From Patescibacteria group bacterium (GTDB lineage: Bacteria; Patescibacteriota; Patescibacteriia; Patescibacteriales; UBA12465), in NCBI GenBank assembly GCA_049317985.1, contig JBMOHF010000003.1:22350-86349 (forward strand): 64,000 nt of DNA. The letters are read 5' to 3'. Shown piece after piece: positions 47,414 through 57,440 of this stretch. The notes below the pieces were generated by a model. The model ran no database searches. It worked only from the letters and a program-made list of their open reading frames with translations, and was not told where the DNA came from. Within the stretch, counting starts at the first letter, position 1; every line of letters starts with the position of its first letter. The position numbers and the translations under genes were made by a program.

Positions 47414-48571
47414 CTAAAAATATTTCTGCCAATGTTTGGTCCAAACTAGGGACCGTAATCGAGAGGCTATTTTTTCGGCAAGTATTTTTTTCCGCCTTGT
47501 TTTTTTATCTTCTAAAGATCTTACCGCTCTCAGTAAATCATTGGTTCCTCTTTCAAGTTCATCCGGGCTCCAGGCGAGAGGACCAAAGTGACGCGAAAAA
47601 TCATGTCCACTGCTCCACCACCACGAACAACTAGCTAGACCGCGAGACAAGTGCCAGCGCGCCCAAACATAACCGTGATCTTTTGGATTTTCATGGACCA
47701 CTTTAATTGCTAATTTCGCCAAACGCCAAAGAGATTGATGAATTTCATTCCGTTTATTATTCCACAGCTCATATGGATTATTGGCTGACAATTCTCTTTC
47801 ACTGCTTTCCCAAGAACAAGAGCGCAAAATAATTTTTTCTGGATTTGTCGTTAAAGAAATAAAATCGCCAAGTGTACCGGTTCCCAAGCGCTCATCTTTG
47901 CAAATTTTTTCAAGTTCGGCAGTTTGATCGACGTGACGTAAACCATATAACTCCGCATCGCTAGCCGTCACGACGATACCAGTACGATTGGTCCGCAGGG
48001 ATTTCTGGAAATAATCTGGTGCATATTTTGATGACCAAGCCCGATTACGAAAAACGATTTTTAACCCACTGGCCTGATCACAATACGTTTTCAGAGCTTC
48101 AAAATCACGGAGGTTTTTATTACTGTATGCGATTGGATCAAGAATTAAATATTCATAGCCAAGACTCTTAATAATTTTTGCAACAGCCGATGAGTATGCC
48201 ATTTCTGGTAAGAAAAAACCCCTTGGCCTTGAAACACCGAGATATTTTTTTAAGATTTTTTCCTGTTCTTTAATTTGAAAAATTACTTCTTTCTCGGGAA
48301 GTAACGGTAGAAAGGCGTGGTATGCCGCCGAGCCAACAATTTCGATTCGCCCAGATTTAACAAGAGGCAATAATCTTTTAGCAAAGTCTTCTAGTCCTAA
48401 TTCATTCATTCTTTCGAGAAGACAACCAGAAACGTTGATTGTCATTCGCAAATTTTTGTTCTCTTCAAAAAGACGAAGCAGACGAAAATAACTTTTTTCA
48501 CTTGCTTCTTTTATTATCTCTGCCTCAATATTCGCTGGTTGATAAAAATGTAGAAAATTAAACCATTTCAT
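47414..48571 (-). CDS. Glycoside hydrolase family 57-like protein
   Basis: 385 aa. N-terminal FNFLHFYQP (GH57 hFHQP-type motif). Neighbour of glgA. Confidence 0.65.
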   Translation of the reverse strand: MKWFNFLHFYQPANIEAEIIKEASEKSYFRLLRLFEENKNLRMTINVSGCLLERMNELGLEDFAKRLLPLVKSGRIEIVGSAAYHAFLPLLPEKEVIFQIKEQEKILKKYLGVSRPRGFFLPEMAYSSAVAKIIKSLGYEYLILDPIAYSNKNLRDFEALKTYCDQASGLKIVFRNRAWSSKYAPDYFQKSLRTNRTGIVVTASDAELYGLRHVDQTAELEKICKDERLGTGTLGDFISLTTNPEKIILRSCSWESSERELSANNPYELWNNKRNEIHQSLWRLAKLAIKVVHENPKDHGYVWARWHLSRGLASCSWWWSSGHDFSRHFGPLAWSPDELERGTNDLLRAVRSLEDKKTRRKKILAEKIASRLRSLVWTKHWQKYF

Positions 48572-48576
48572 AATAT

Positions 48577-50043
48577 TTAGAAACGCAGAGTTTTTCGATA
48601 CAACTCCACATACTTTCGGGCTTGAATCTTCCAGCTATTTGACTGCTTCATCACTCTTTTTACGAATTCTCGCCAATCTTTTTTATTTTTGTAATTTTCC
48701 AAAGCACGAATAATTGCTCCATAGAATTGCCAAGTATCCTCGGCCTTAAAAGTAAAGCCGCTGCCGCGCTTGGTCGCTGGAGAATAATTTTCTACCGTAT
48801 CATAAAGTCCACCAATTTCACGGACAATTGGAATGCAGCCATAACGCATCGCAATCAATTGATTAATCCCGCACGGTTCATGGTTTGATGGCAGCAAAAA
48901 GAAGTCGGAACCAGCATAAACAAGAGTTTCATATTTTTGATTTGCTTCATGAGATGGAATTAAAACCATTTTCTTTGGATGCTTTTTGGCGATTTTCGCT
49001 AATTCTTTTAAATAATTTTTATCTCCTGAGCCAATAATAATAAATTGCACATCCATCTTCAAAAGAATGGGCATCAAAGCGATAATCAACTCAAATCCTT
49101 TTTGAAAAGTCACCCGGGAAGTGGTACAAAAAATCGGTACGTTTTCATCCTCTGGTAAACCAAATTGCTTCTGCAAAAAAAGTTTATTTTCCTTTTTAAT
49201 TTCTGGTGTAGAAAAAGAATATTTTTTAAAAATTGCTTCGTCTTTTTCTGGGTTATAGGAGTTATAATCAATTCCATTAATGATTCCGAATAACCGTTCT
49301 TCACGTTTTTTTAAAATTCGGTTAAGATCCTGCCCGAATTTTTTAGTCAATATTTCGTTGCGATATTGCTCACTCACCGTATTGACTGTATCGGCAGACA
49401 TAACACCTCGCTTGGCGAAATTAATTTTTTCAATTGATGGATCAGCAATGTGTGGCAGACGCTTACGGCCAAAATCCCTTTCCTTGGTTGGAATTTCCCA
49501 CCAATTGTGTCCGAGTTGAAAAATTAGATTATGGATTGTAAAAACTGTCTTTGATTTTTTTAAAGTTTTAGAATAACGAAAATCATTTTTTAAATAGTAG
49601 GGAATAAGGCCGGTTTGCCAATCATGGCAATGGACAATGTCTGCCTCAAATTTTAATAAAGAAATTAGTTTTAAGGCAGCGACGCTAAAAATTAAAAATC
49701 GAGCGTTTTCTTTATCGGAACCATAAATTTGTTTTGAACGAGAAAAATATGCTGGCTGCTCGATAAAATACACCGGTAAACCTTCCATTAAATATCCTTG
49801 CCAATAACTAACAACCACCGTTTCCGTGGAGTTTAAATATATTTTTACATCTTTAAATAAAAGCTTTAGACCCTCCTCTTCTTTGTTAATCACTTTTCCA
49901 TAAAGCGGCGTAATAATACAAACGTCATGCCCTAAGCGTTTTAAAGCTTTTGGCAAACTACGCACCACATCACCAAGACCGCCCGTTTTTGAGAATGGGG
50001 CGACTTCCGAAGCAATGTGAACTATTTTTAGTTTCTTGGCCAT
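48577..50043 (-). CDS. glgA: Glycogen/starch synthase (GT5)
   Basis: 488 aa. KIVHIASEVAPFSKTGGLGDV N-terminal signature. Confidence 0.9.
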   Translation of the reverse strand: MAKKLKIVHIASEVAPFSKTGGLGDVVRSLPKALKRLGHDVCIITPLYGKVINKEEEGLKLLFKDVKIYLNSTETVVVSYWQGYLMEGLPVYFIEQPAYFSRSKQIYGSDKENARFLIFSVAALKLISLLKFEADIVHCHDWQTGLIPYYLKNDFRYSKTLKKSKTVFTIHNLIFQLGHNWWEIPTKERDFGRKRLPHIADPSIEKINFAKRGVMSADTVNTVSEQYRNEILTKKFGQDLNRILKKREERLFGIINGIDYNSYNPEKDEAIFKKYSFSTPEIKKENKLFLQKQFGLPEDENVPIFCTTSRVTFQKGFELIIALMPILLKMDVQFIIIGSGDKNYLKELAKIAKKHPKKMVLIPSHEANQKYETLVYAGSDFFLLPSNHEPCGINQLIAMRYGCIPIVREIGGLYDTVENYSPATKRGSGFTFKAEDTWQFYGAIIRALENYKNKKDWREFVKRVMKQSNSWKIQARKYVELYRKTLRF

Positions 50044-50052
50044 AAATAATAA

Positions 50053-50538
50053 TTAACAACCATCAAGGCGAGCTCCACTTGCGCAAATGGCTAAAGCCAG
50101 TGCGTCAGCGGCATCGTCTGGTTGCGGAAGTTTTTCTAAATTCAAAATGGTCTTCACCATTTTTTGGACTTGAATTTTTGGTGCAGCTCCATAAGAGCAG
50201 ACTGCGGCCTTCACCTGAGAAGGCGTAAAGTTAACAATTGGAATTTTATTTTGTTTAAGTGCCAACAAGGCAACACCACGTGCTTGTCCAACAATAAGCG
50301 CAGTAGTGACATTGGTATTGAAAAACAATTGTTCGACCGCTGCCAAGTCAGGATGGTATCTTTTCAAAATAGAACCAAGATCTTGGTAGAGTATCTCTAA
50401 GCGATCACTTAATTCTGTTTTTTTTGGAGTTTTTATTGAACCATAAGTCAGACAAGTAATTTTTCCCTTTTCCACTTCAATTAACCCAAAACCAGTATCG
50501 GCAATTCCCGGATCAATTCCCAAAATTATTTTTGACAT
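50053..50538 (-). CDS. ruvC: Crossover junction endodeoxyribonuclease RuvC
   Basis: 161 aa. ILGIDPGIADTGFGLIE. C-terminal DAADALALA. Confidence 0.9.
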   Translation of the reverse strand: MSKIILGIDPGIADTGFGLIEVEKGKITCLTYGSIKTPKKTELSDRLEILYQDLGSILKRYHPDLAAVEQLFFNTNVTTALIVGQARGVALLALKQNKIPIVNFTPSQVKAAVCSYGAAPKIQVQKMVKTILNLEKLPQPDDAADALALAICASGARLDGC

Positions 50539-50546
50539 ATGATGAT

Positions 50547-51272
50547 TTAAAATTCAGCGTTGGTGTAGTATTCACTGACATCCTCATTATCTTCAAGCTC
50601 GCCGATAAATTTCTCCAACTTAACAATGTCTTCGGCACTGGTTACTACTAATTTTTCTTTGGCAACGTATTCCATTTCTGCTGATTCAGTTTTTAAATTT
50701 TTCTTTGCTAAAAAATCAGTCATCGCATGAAAATCTTTGATTTCTGTATAAATTGTTAAACCTTCCTCTTCTTTAACGATGTCACGTACTTCCTGATCAA
50801 TAAGCTCTAATTCCAAATCATCAAAATTAATTTTTTTGTCTTTTAGTTCTTCGTCAGAAATAAGAAAAACTCCTAATTGATCAAAATTCCACATCACTGC
50901 CCCAAACGAGCCACCATTTTTGGTGAAAAGATGACGAACCGTGCTAGCACTGCGATTTTTGTTGTCGGTTACACATTTTACAATAAACTGTGCTCCCAAG
51001 GAGCCAAGACCCTCGTAATATAGTTCTTCTAAAGCAGCGCCACCTAATTCGCCAGTCCCTTTTTTGATTGCTCTTTCGACATTATCCTTTGGCATATTAG
51101 CGGCCCGAGCCTTATCAACGGCTGTCCGAAGTGAGGGATTTGCCTCTGGATCACCGCCTTTTTTGGCAGCAAGAGAGATATTGTTGGCCAATTTTGTGAA
51201 AATTGCCCCTCTTTTAGCATCTACTAATTCTTTCTGGCGATGTGTCGTCGCCCATTTGGAGTGTCCAGACAT
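50547..51272 (-). CDS. YebC/PmpR family DNA-binding transcriptional regulator
   Basis: 241 aa. MSGHSKWATTHRQK N-terminus typical of the family. Confidence 0.9.
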   Translation of the reverse strand: MSGHSKWATTHRQKELVDAKRGAIFTKLANNISLAAKKGGDPEANPSLRTAVDKARAANMPKDNVERAIKKGTGELGGAALEELYYEGLGSLGAQFIVKCVTDNKNRSASTVRHLFTKNGGSFGAVMWNFDQLGVFLISDEELKDKKINFDDLELELIDQEVRDIVKEEEGLTIYTEIKDFHAMTDFLAKKNLKTESAEMEYVAKEKLVVTSAEDIVKLEKFIGELEDNEDVSEYYTNAEF

Positions 51273-51385
51273 AAAAATATATAGTGAATTCTAAATAAGA
51301 TACGCCATCATCTTAACCCAAATTGAAATAAAAATCAATATCAACTATAATTGAATTATCAATAAAATTGGGTAAAAAATCATTT

Positions 51386-52300
51386 ATGAAAAAAGAATAT
51401 TTGCCATCTTTAAGCGAGGTCACTTTGTCCGCCGTGACCCTTTTTACAAAAAATAGACCACCAAAACTTGGACCAAAAAACTTTATGTTTCCCATCATTA
51501 TTGGCAGCGGTAACGCCTACAACGCCGGCCAAATCATTTTTGGTAATCAAAAAGCTGTTTTTGCCAGCGAAAGTAACTTTAAGGAAATCGTTAAAAATTA
51601 TAAAAACCTAATTTCTCAAAAGATTATTAGTGACGCGATTGTTATTTCTGCTTCTGGTGAAAAAGATTCAATCTGGGAAGTAAAATTAGCAAAAAAACTG
51701 GGGTTGAAGACCTCTTTATTTACTTGTTCCCCGGCATCTTCAGCAGCAAAGCTGGCCGATCAGGTTTTTGAGTATAAAAAACTACCAGAACCATATACTT
51801 ATAATACTTCCACTTATTTGGGAATGATTTTAAGCGCCACAATGGAAGATCCAAAAGTTATCTTGAAGTATTTAAAATCGATTAAACTACCAAATCGTTT
51901 TCGAAGATATGATTCATATGCTTTTGTGTTGCCAAATAACTTTGCCGCTCTCGCGCCAATGCTCGAAATTAAACGTAATGAATTATTTGGACCAAAACTG
52001 TCTTTAAGGGCTTTTTCTGAAGGCGAGGCTCGGCATGCCAAGTTTGTTATTCGCGACGAACGCGAGTTAGTAATTAGTTTTGGCGAAAATTTGTATTTTG
52101 GTCATCCAAAACACCGTTGGGAAATTAAATTACCAAAAGGTGCGGATTATGGATTAATGATGGCTTTAACCTATTTCGTGATTGGTCAAATTCAAGAGTC
52201 CAAACCAGCTTGGTTTGAAAAAAATATTTATAATTTCTGCAATGACTACGGCTTCCCACCTTATGGTGGAAATAAGCCGTTTGAGGTAATTGTGAAATAA
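51386..52300 (+). CDS. SIS-domain-like protein of unknown function
   Basis: ORF 51368 (TTG) trimmed to ATG at 51386. IIIGSGNAYNAG and VISASGEKDS resemble SIS sugar-phosphate-binding motifs. Confidence 0.5.
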   Translation: MKKEYLPSLSEVTLSAVTLFTKNRPPKLGPKNFMFPIIIGSGNAYNAGQIIFGNQKAVFASESNFKEIVKNYKNLISQKIISDAIVISASGEKDSIWEVKLAKKLGLKTSLFTCSPASSAAKLADQVFEYKKLPEPYTYNTSTYLGMILSATMEDPKVILKYLKSIKLPNRFRRYDSYAFVLPNNFAALAPMLEIKRNELFGPKLSLRAFSEGEARHAKFVIRDERELVISFGENLYFGHPKHRWEIKLPKGADYGLMMALTYFVIGQIQESKPAWFEKNIYNFCNDYGFPPYGGNKPFEVIVK

Positions 52301-52301
52301 G

Positions 52302-52784
52302 ATGACAAAAAAAGAACAATTCATGATGGAAGCAATCAAAGAAGCTGAAATAGCCTTTAAACAAGGAAATTGGCCAATTGGTTGCGTGATCGTTCTGGAT
52401 GGAAAAATAATTTCTCGAGCACATAATTTAGTCTACTCTAAGGACAATAAACTAGCTCACGCAGAAATACTCGCCATCCAAAAAGCAAAAGATATATTAA
52501 AAGAAAACCCAAAAAAAGCTATTTTATATACAACATACGAGCCCTGCCCTATGTGTTTTGGGGCTTCTGCTTTAAGTAGAATAAAAAAAGTTGTCTGCGG
52601 AATTGATTTGGATAATAGTGGCGCAATGTATTTTCGGAAAAATTTACCTCAGCTATTCAAACAAAAGAAATTTTCTCTAGAATTTGAAACCGGAGTTTTA
52701 AAAGAAAAATGCAGAGAAATTTTCATCAAAGGAGAGCCAACAAAAAAACTAATAAAACAAAAGATTGTTAATTTTAATGATTGA
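52302..52784 (+). CDS. CMP/dCMP-type zinc deaminase (TadA/nucleoside deaminase-like)
   Basis: 160 aa. HAEILAI and PCPMCFGA zinc-binding motifs. Confidence 0.8.
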   Translation: MTKKEQFMMEAIKEAEIAFKQGNWPIGCVIVLDGKIISRAHNLVYSKDNKLAHAEILAIQKAKDILKENPKKAILYTTYEPCPMCFGASALSRIKKVVCGIDLDNSGAMYFRKNLPQLFKQKKFSLEFETGVLKEKCREIFIKGEPTKKLIKQKIVNFND

Positions 52785-52839
52785 CTTAAATATTTAAAAA
52801 AATTAGGATAATAGAAACTCAAATCAAAAAACCGTTCTT

Positions 52840-53394
52840 ATGAAAAATACCTTAACACAAGAAATAGAAAATTTATTAGAAAATTGTTCTACCGCAGAAA
52901 CTGCATGGAAGTTTAAACAAAAATTAAAAGAAGGCAAACTGACAAGGGAGGAAGACCCGGAGAATCATTTTTGTGCCTTCTTTGCCGCTTGCGATTACGA
53001 AACCAAGCAATTTTTTATCGGGCAGCACAAAAAATCTGGACTATGGCTTTTTAATGGTGGGCATATCGACCCAGAAGAAAATATAAGAGAAACTGTGCGA
53101 CGCGAAATCGGAGAAGAATAGGGTTTGGATATCAATGATTTAGAAGTAAAGGCACCAGAACTATTAACGATAACGGACATTTACAACCCAAGCAAACAAA
53201 GGTGCTTAACGCATTTTAATGTTTGGTATTTTATCAATGTTGATAGAAATAGCTTTAACCCAAACTCGGACAATCTTGCTGAAGAATTTTTATCAGTCGA
53301 GTGGATGGATATAGAAAAAGCCAGACAACTTGTCACCGATAAAAGCACTTTAGAAGCAATTGGTTTTGTTGAAAAAAATTATTTCAAAAATTAG
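52840..53394 (+). pseudogene. Nudix hydrolase interrupted by one in-frame TAG (53119..53121)
   Basis: ORFs 52840..53121 and 53125..53394 are in the same frame. Joined sequence GGHIDPEENIRETVRREIGEE*GL is a complete Nudix box G-x5-E-x7-R-E-U-x-E-E-x-G-U, with the stop at the second variable x. Confidence 0.8.
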
Positions 53395-53400
53395 CAAGCA

Positions 53401-53432
53401 AAAAGGAACGAATTAAATCGTTCCTTTTTTTT
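53401..53432. terminator. Bidirectional intrinsic terminator
   Basis: aggaacga / tcgttcct hairpin followed by an 8-T run, with an A-run upstream. Confidence 0.8.
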
Positions 53433-53438
53433 GTTTCA

Positions 53439-53900
53439 CTAGTTTCTTAATTTCCTCTCCACCAAATCTATCGCTTCTTTCAGAATATCGAGGTCTTTTA
53501 ATTTTTCCTCATTTGGTAATCTTGAATATTGAGTTTTTTGTTCGCCAGAGGCATAGTTGTCATTTCTATCCAACCATTTGTCGTGAATCAAATATAGAAC
53601 TTCTTCCAACTTTTCCGTTGCCACTTTGGCGGAAAGATAATTTTCTTCCTGCCAATCGAGTGGTAATTCTGAAAAAGGAGTATTAGCAATATCAACTTCT
53701 TTGGCGCCACCATGTGCGATAATCCATTCTTCGTCTTTGACGTCTTTAAGTCTTGGTTCGTAGTTATTTTCTTGGACGTTAAAACGTCCTTGTCGCCAAC
53801 TTTCATGCATTAAATTCGCTAAAGAGTTGATCATTTCACGTCGATCGTTCTCTAGTTTGTTTTCTCTTTCATTAAAAATTGGCACCTCATTCTTATTCAT
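53439..53900 (-). CDS. Hypothetical protein (possible RyR-like domain)
   Basis: ORF trimmed to ATG at 53900 to avoid overlapping gpmI. LMHESWRQGR...FSELPLDWQEENYLSAKVA loosely recalls the RyR-domain pattern. Confidence 0.5.
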   Translation of the reverse strand: MNKNEVPIFNERENKLENDRREMINSLANLMHESWRQGRFNVQENNYEPRLKDVKDEEWIIAHGGAKEVDIANTPFSELPLDWQEENYLSAKVATEKLEEVLYLIHDKWLDRNDNYASGEQKTQYSRLPNEEKLKDLDILKEAIDLVERKLRN

Positions 53901-53925
53901 AAATTTAGTTTTAAAAAGGATTAAT

Positions 53926-55443
53926 CTATTCAAACAAGCACTCACCATCCATTTCAGCTGGCACTGGCAAATCTAGCAAACGCAAAATAGTCGGCGCGAC
54001 ATCCTTGAGACCACCATTTGAAATAAGTTTTTTTTGATTTAAATCCTGATTATTAGAAATCAAAATCACTGGCACTGGATGAGTGGTGTGACTTGTCTCA
54101 ACTGCTGCACTTTTGTCTTCCGCGTTACCATGATCAGCCAATACTAAACAAACATAATTTTTCTGGAGAGCTGCATCAATTATTTTTCCCTGAGCAAGGT
54201 CAACAGCTTCTACTGCCTGAATAATTGCTGGAATATCACCAGTATGTCCCACCATATCACTGTTAACTAAATTAACAACAATAAAATCATAGATATTCTT
54301 TTCAATTTCTGCCACTAAACGATCAGCAATCCCAAAAACGCTCATCTCTGGCTGTAGATCATAAGTAGCAACTTTAGGAGAACTAATCATCACCCGATCT
54401 TCACCTAAATTAGGCTCTTCAGCTTGACCATTGAAGAAAAAAGTGACGTGCGGATATTTTTCAGTTTCACTAATCCTTAATTGACGCAAGCCAGCCTTAC
54501 CAATAACTTCCCCCAGTAGATTGCTTAAAGGAATATTTGAAAAAGCAACTTTTGCTGTGCTCGGCTCATAGTATTGAGTTATCGTTACATAATCGACGGG
54601 AATTAATTCTCTCTTAAAATCAGAGAAATCCTCACCGATAATTGCTTTGGTTAATTGTCTAGGGCGATCAGTCCGAAAATTGAAAAATATAACTCCGTCA
54701 TGGGCAGTAAAACCATTGTAGCCAATTAATTTTCTAGGTTGAATAAACTCATCGGTTTCATCGTTTTGGTGACAAATTTTCACTTGCTGCATCGGATTAC
54801 TAAACTCTGGGCCTTGACCCAAAACAATTGTTTTATAAGCTTGCTCTGTTCGCTCCCAACGATTATCGCGATCCATTGCAAAATAACGACCACTGATTGT
54901 GACAATCTGACCAAACCCAAGAGAAGAAAGTTTGTCTTGTAATTTTTTTAAATGCTCAATGCTCTCGGTAACTGGCGCGTCGCGTCCGTCAGTAATAACA
55001 TGAATTAATACATCGTGAAAATTTTGCTGCTGACACAAATCAAGCAGTGCAAAAAGGTGATTGATGTGAGCATGCACTCCCTGATCTTGAAGCAAACCAA
55101 TTAAATGCAATTTTGTTTCGTTTATCTGACAATTGTTAATAACTTGGAGAAAAACTGGATTGCGAAAAAAATCACCAGTTGCAATAGCTTTATCGATACG
55201 CGTTAACGATTGGAAGATAATTCTGCCAGCGCCCATTGTGATGTGGCCAACTTCGGAGTTTCCCTGGTAGCCATTACTGAGTCCGACAGCTTCACCGCTC
55301 GTAGCCAAAAGATTATGCGGATATTTCAATAAATAACTGTCTTCATTTGGCGTATGCGCCTGAGCAATCGGGTTATTTTCTGGATGTGAGTTATAGCCCC
55401 AACCATCACGAATAATTAAGATCACGGGTTCTACTGTTTTCAT
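53926..55443 (-). CDS. gpmI: 2,3-bisphosphoglycerate-independent phosphoglycerate mutase
   Basis: 505 aa. ILIIRDGWGYN, GNSEVGHITMGAGR, ADHGNAE motifs. Confidence 0.93.
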   Translation of the reverse strand: MKTVEPVILIIRDGWGYNSHPENNPIAQAHTPNEDSYLLKYPHNLLATSGEAVGLSNGYQGNSEVGHITMGAGRIIFQSLTRIDKAIATGDFFRNPVFLQVINNCQINETKLHLIGLLQDQGVHAHINHLFALLDLCQQQNFHDVLIHVITDGRDAPVTESIEHLKKLQDKLSSLGFGQIVTISGRYFAMDRDNRWERTEQAYKTIVLGQGPEFSNPMQQVKICHQNDETDEFIQPRKLIGYNGFTAHDGVIFFNFRTDRPRQLTKAIIGEDFSDFKRELIPVDYVTITQYYEPSTAKVAFSNIPLSNLLGEVIGKAGLRQLRISETEKYPHVTFFFNGQAEEPNLGEDRVMISSPKVATYDLQPEMSVFGIADRLVAEIEKNIYDFIVVNLVNSDMVGHTGDIPAIIQAVEAVDLAQGKIIDAALQKNYVCLVLADHGNAEDKSAAVETSHTTHPVPVILISNNQDLNQKKLISNGGLKDVAPTILRLLDLPVPAEMDGECLFE

Positions 55444-55576
55444 AGCTTTTATTTGTTTATTCTTGTTAATTTTTTAGATAAAAAATAAGTAATCTTAGGA
55501 TATTTTAACAGATTTTAAAGAAAAAGAAAATTGACGCCTAAGCACCCATAATGATAGTATTAAAAGCAGAAAACCC

Positions 55577-56977
55577 ATGGAACCAGAAAACGGACAATCA
55601 AAAAATCCAAGACTAGGAAAAGCCGCAATTAACTTTTTGTTGAACGCGGTTAAACTTTTGTTATTTTTAAAAAAAACGATTGCACTTTTAATCAATTTAC
55701 TTGCCAAATTTATTGCTTGGATTTTTCGTTTAGTTTTGAAGCGCCCGCTAATTAGAATTTACTATTGGATATTTCGCTTTAAAAAGGAAGGATTGATTGA
55801 AAATTCAATTTTTGATGTTGTTCGTAAAAAAATACCACATTTTTTTATTGCTCTACTAGTTTTTATTAGTTTCTTATCTAACCTTGGACAACCAAATAAA
55901 ATTTCCGCTGTCACTGAAAGTATGTCAAAGACCACCATGGCCCAGTTAGTGTCCGGCGAATTTAGCAATCTTGAACAAGAGAGCATGATCAAAGAGACTC
56001 TTAACCCAGCTAGCATCCACGATTACGCTAATGATAAATATTCTCACGATCAAGGCGTTTTAAACAATGAATTGCCAATAATTGACACTAATACTGATTT
56101 TGAAGATGATCAGTTCGTAATCGAAAAAAATTCTGACTATCTCAGTAAACCAGATATTTGGGGTGTTAATAATAATTCCGGCAGTACAAACGTACCCGCT
56201 GCACAAAAAAGAAATAGTGTAATATATTATACAATTAAAAATGGCGAAACTATTAGCGCAATCGCCAGATCTTTTGGGCTTAATGTAAACACAATCTTGT
56301 GGGCAAATAATCTTGGCCCAAGAAGTTTGATTCAACCAGGAAACCAGTTAATGATCTTGCCTCAGAATGGCGTCGTTTACACGGTTATAAAAGGTGATAC
56401 AATTGGTAAAATTGCGAGAAAATACGGAATTGGTGAAAATATTTTAATTTCCGAAAATAACTTGGGAAATAGCATTGCTATCGGACAAAAAATTCTTATT
56501 CCCGGTGGTCGCATTTTAACAGAAAGCGCTCCAACTACTAACACCACAAAAACCAATAGTTATACGGGAATTTCAGTAATTAAGGATTTAGTAAAAGCCC
56601 CAGCAGCAAAAATAACGGGTGGAAATATGCTTTGGCCAACAGTTGGACATCGCATTACCCAATATTATTCTTGGAGACATACAGGATTGGATATTGCAAA
56701 TAAAGTTGGAACACCTCTTTATGCGGCCGAAAGTGGAACAGTTGAATTCGCAGGTTGGAGTAATGGTTATGGAAACAACGTCGTAATTAACCACGGCGGC
56801 GGCAAGAAGACTCGTTACGCTCACGCCTCAAAACTGTTTGTTTCTGTTGGACAAGAAGTTGACCGTGGCGAAAATATCGCGGCCATGGGATCTACTGGTT
56901 GGTCTACCGGCCCGCACATTCACTTTGAAGTGATGGTTAATGGTGTCAAATATAACCCACTAAACTATATTAAGTAA
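55577..56977 (+). CDS. Membrane-anchored LysM-repeat M23 peptidase
   Basis: Two LysM repeats (YTIKNGETISAIARSFGLNVNTILWANNL; YTVIKGDTIGKIARKYGIGENILISENNL). M23 motifs HTGLDIA and GPHIHFEV. Confidence 0.9.
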   Translation: MEPENGQSKNPRLGKAAINFLLNAVKLLLFLKKTIALLINLLAKFIAWIFRLVLKRPLIRIYYWIFRFKKEGLIENSIFDVVRKKIPHFFIALLVFISFLSNLGQPNKISAVTESMSKTTMAQLVSGEFSNLEQESMIKETLNPASIHDYANDKYSHDQGVLNNELPIIDTNTDFEDDQFVIEKNSDYLSKPDIWGVNNNSGSTNVPAAQKRNSVIYYTIKNGETISAIARSFGLNVNTILWANNLGPRSLIQPGNQLMILPQNGVVYTVIKGDTIGKIARKYGIGENILISENNLGNSIAIGQKILIPGGRILTESAPTTNTTKTNSYTGISVIKDLVKAPAAKITGGNMLWPTVGHRITQYYSWRHTGLDIANKVGTPLYAAESGTVEFAGWSNGYGNNVVINHGGGKKTRYAHASKLFVSVGQEVDRGENIAAMGSTGWSTGPHIHFEVMVNGVKYNPLNYIK

Positions 56978-56984
56978 AAAGATT

Positions 56985-57245
56985 ATGAAAATCATTCTTG
57001 GCATTCTAATTGCCTTTGGCGGAACAATGATGGTGCTAAAAACCGAGTGGCTAATGGAAAATTTTGGCCGAATGAGCTGGTTTGAGGAAAAATTAGGAAC
57101 CGAGGGTGGATCTCGCCTTGGTTACAAACTGATCGGCTTGGCTGCTATCTTTTTTGGCATTTTGATGATGACCGGCTCATCAGATTCCTTTATCCAATGG
57201 ATACTTAGCCCATTAATTAAAGCGGGAAACCGTGGTCAAAGCTAA
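56985..57245 (+). CDS. Small two-helix membrane protein
   Basis: 86 aa. Hydrophobic helices at both ends. 7 nt after the M23 gene. Confidence 0.55.
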   Translation: MKIILGILIAFGGTMMVLKTEWLMENFGRMSWFEEKLGTEGGSRLGYKLIGLAAIFFGILMMTGSSDSFIQWILSPLIKAGNRGQS

Positions 57246-57319
57246 GGGGACTAGACAAAAAGAAAATTAAATAATAAAATAAAGCGACGGTCATACAAAA
57301 ACAAGATCGTCGTTATCGC

Positions 57320-57392
57320 GGGCCCTTAGCTCATCTGGTAGAGCACCTGCTTTGCAAGCAGGGGGTGGCAGGTTCGAGTCCTGTAGGGTCCA
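57320..57392 (+). tRNA. tRNA-Ala (anticodon UGC), no encoded CCA
   Basis: Full cloverleaf folded by hand. Acceptor GGGCCCT/AGGGTCC with G3:U70. D-stem GCTC/GAGC. Anticodon arm CCTGC-TTTGCAA-GCAGG. T-arm GCAGG-TTCGAGT-CCTGT. 73 nt. Confidence 0.93.
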
Positions 57393-57396
57393 CAAG

Positions 57397-57426
57397 AAAA
57401 AAATCTAGCAACAGCTAGATTTTTTT
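57397..57426 (+). terminator. Intrinsic terminator after tRNA-Ala
   Basis: atctagc-aaca-gctagat hairpin followed by tttttt. Confidence 0.75.
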
Positions 57427-57440
57427 CTTGTGCAAAAATC

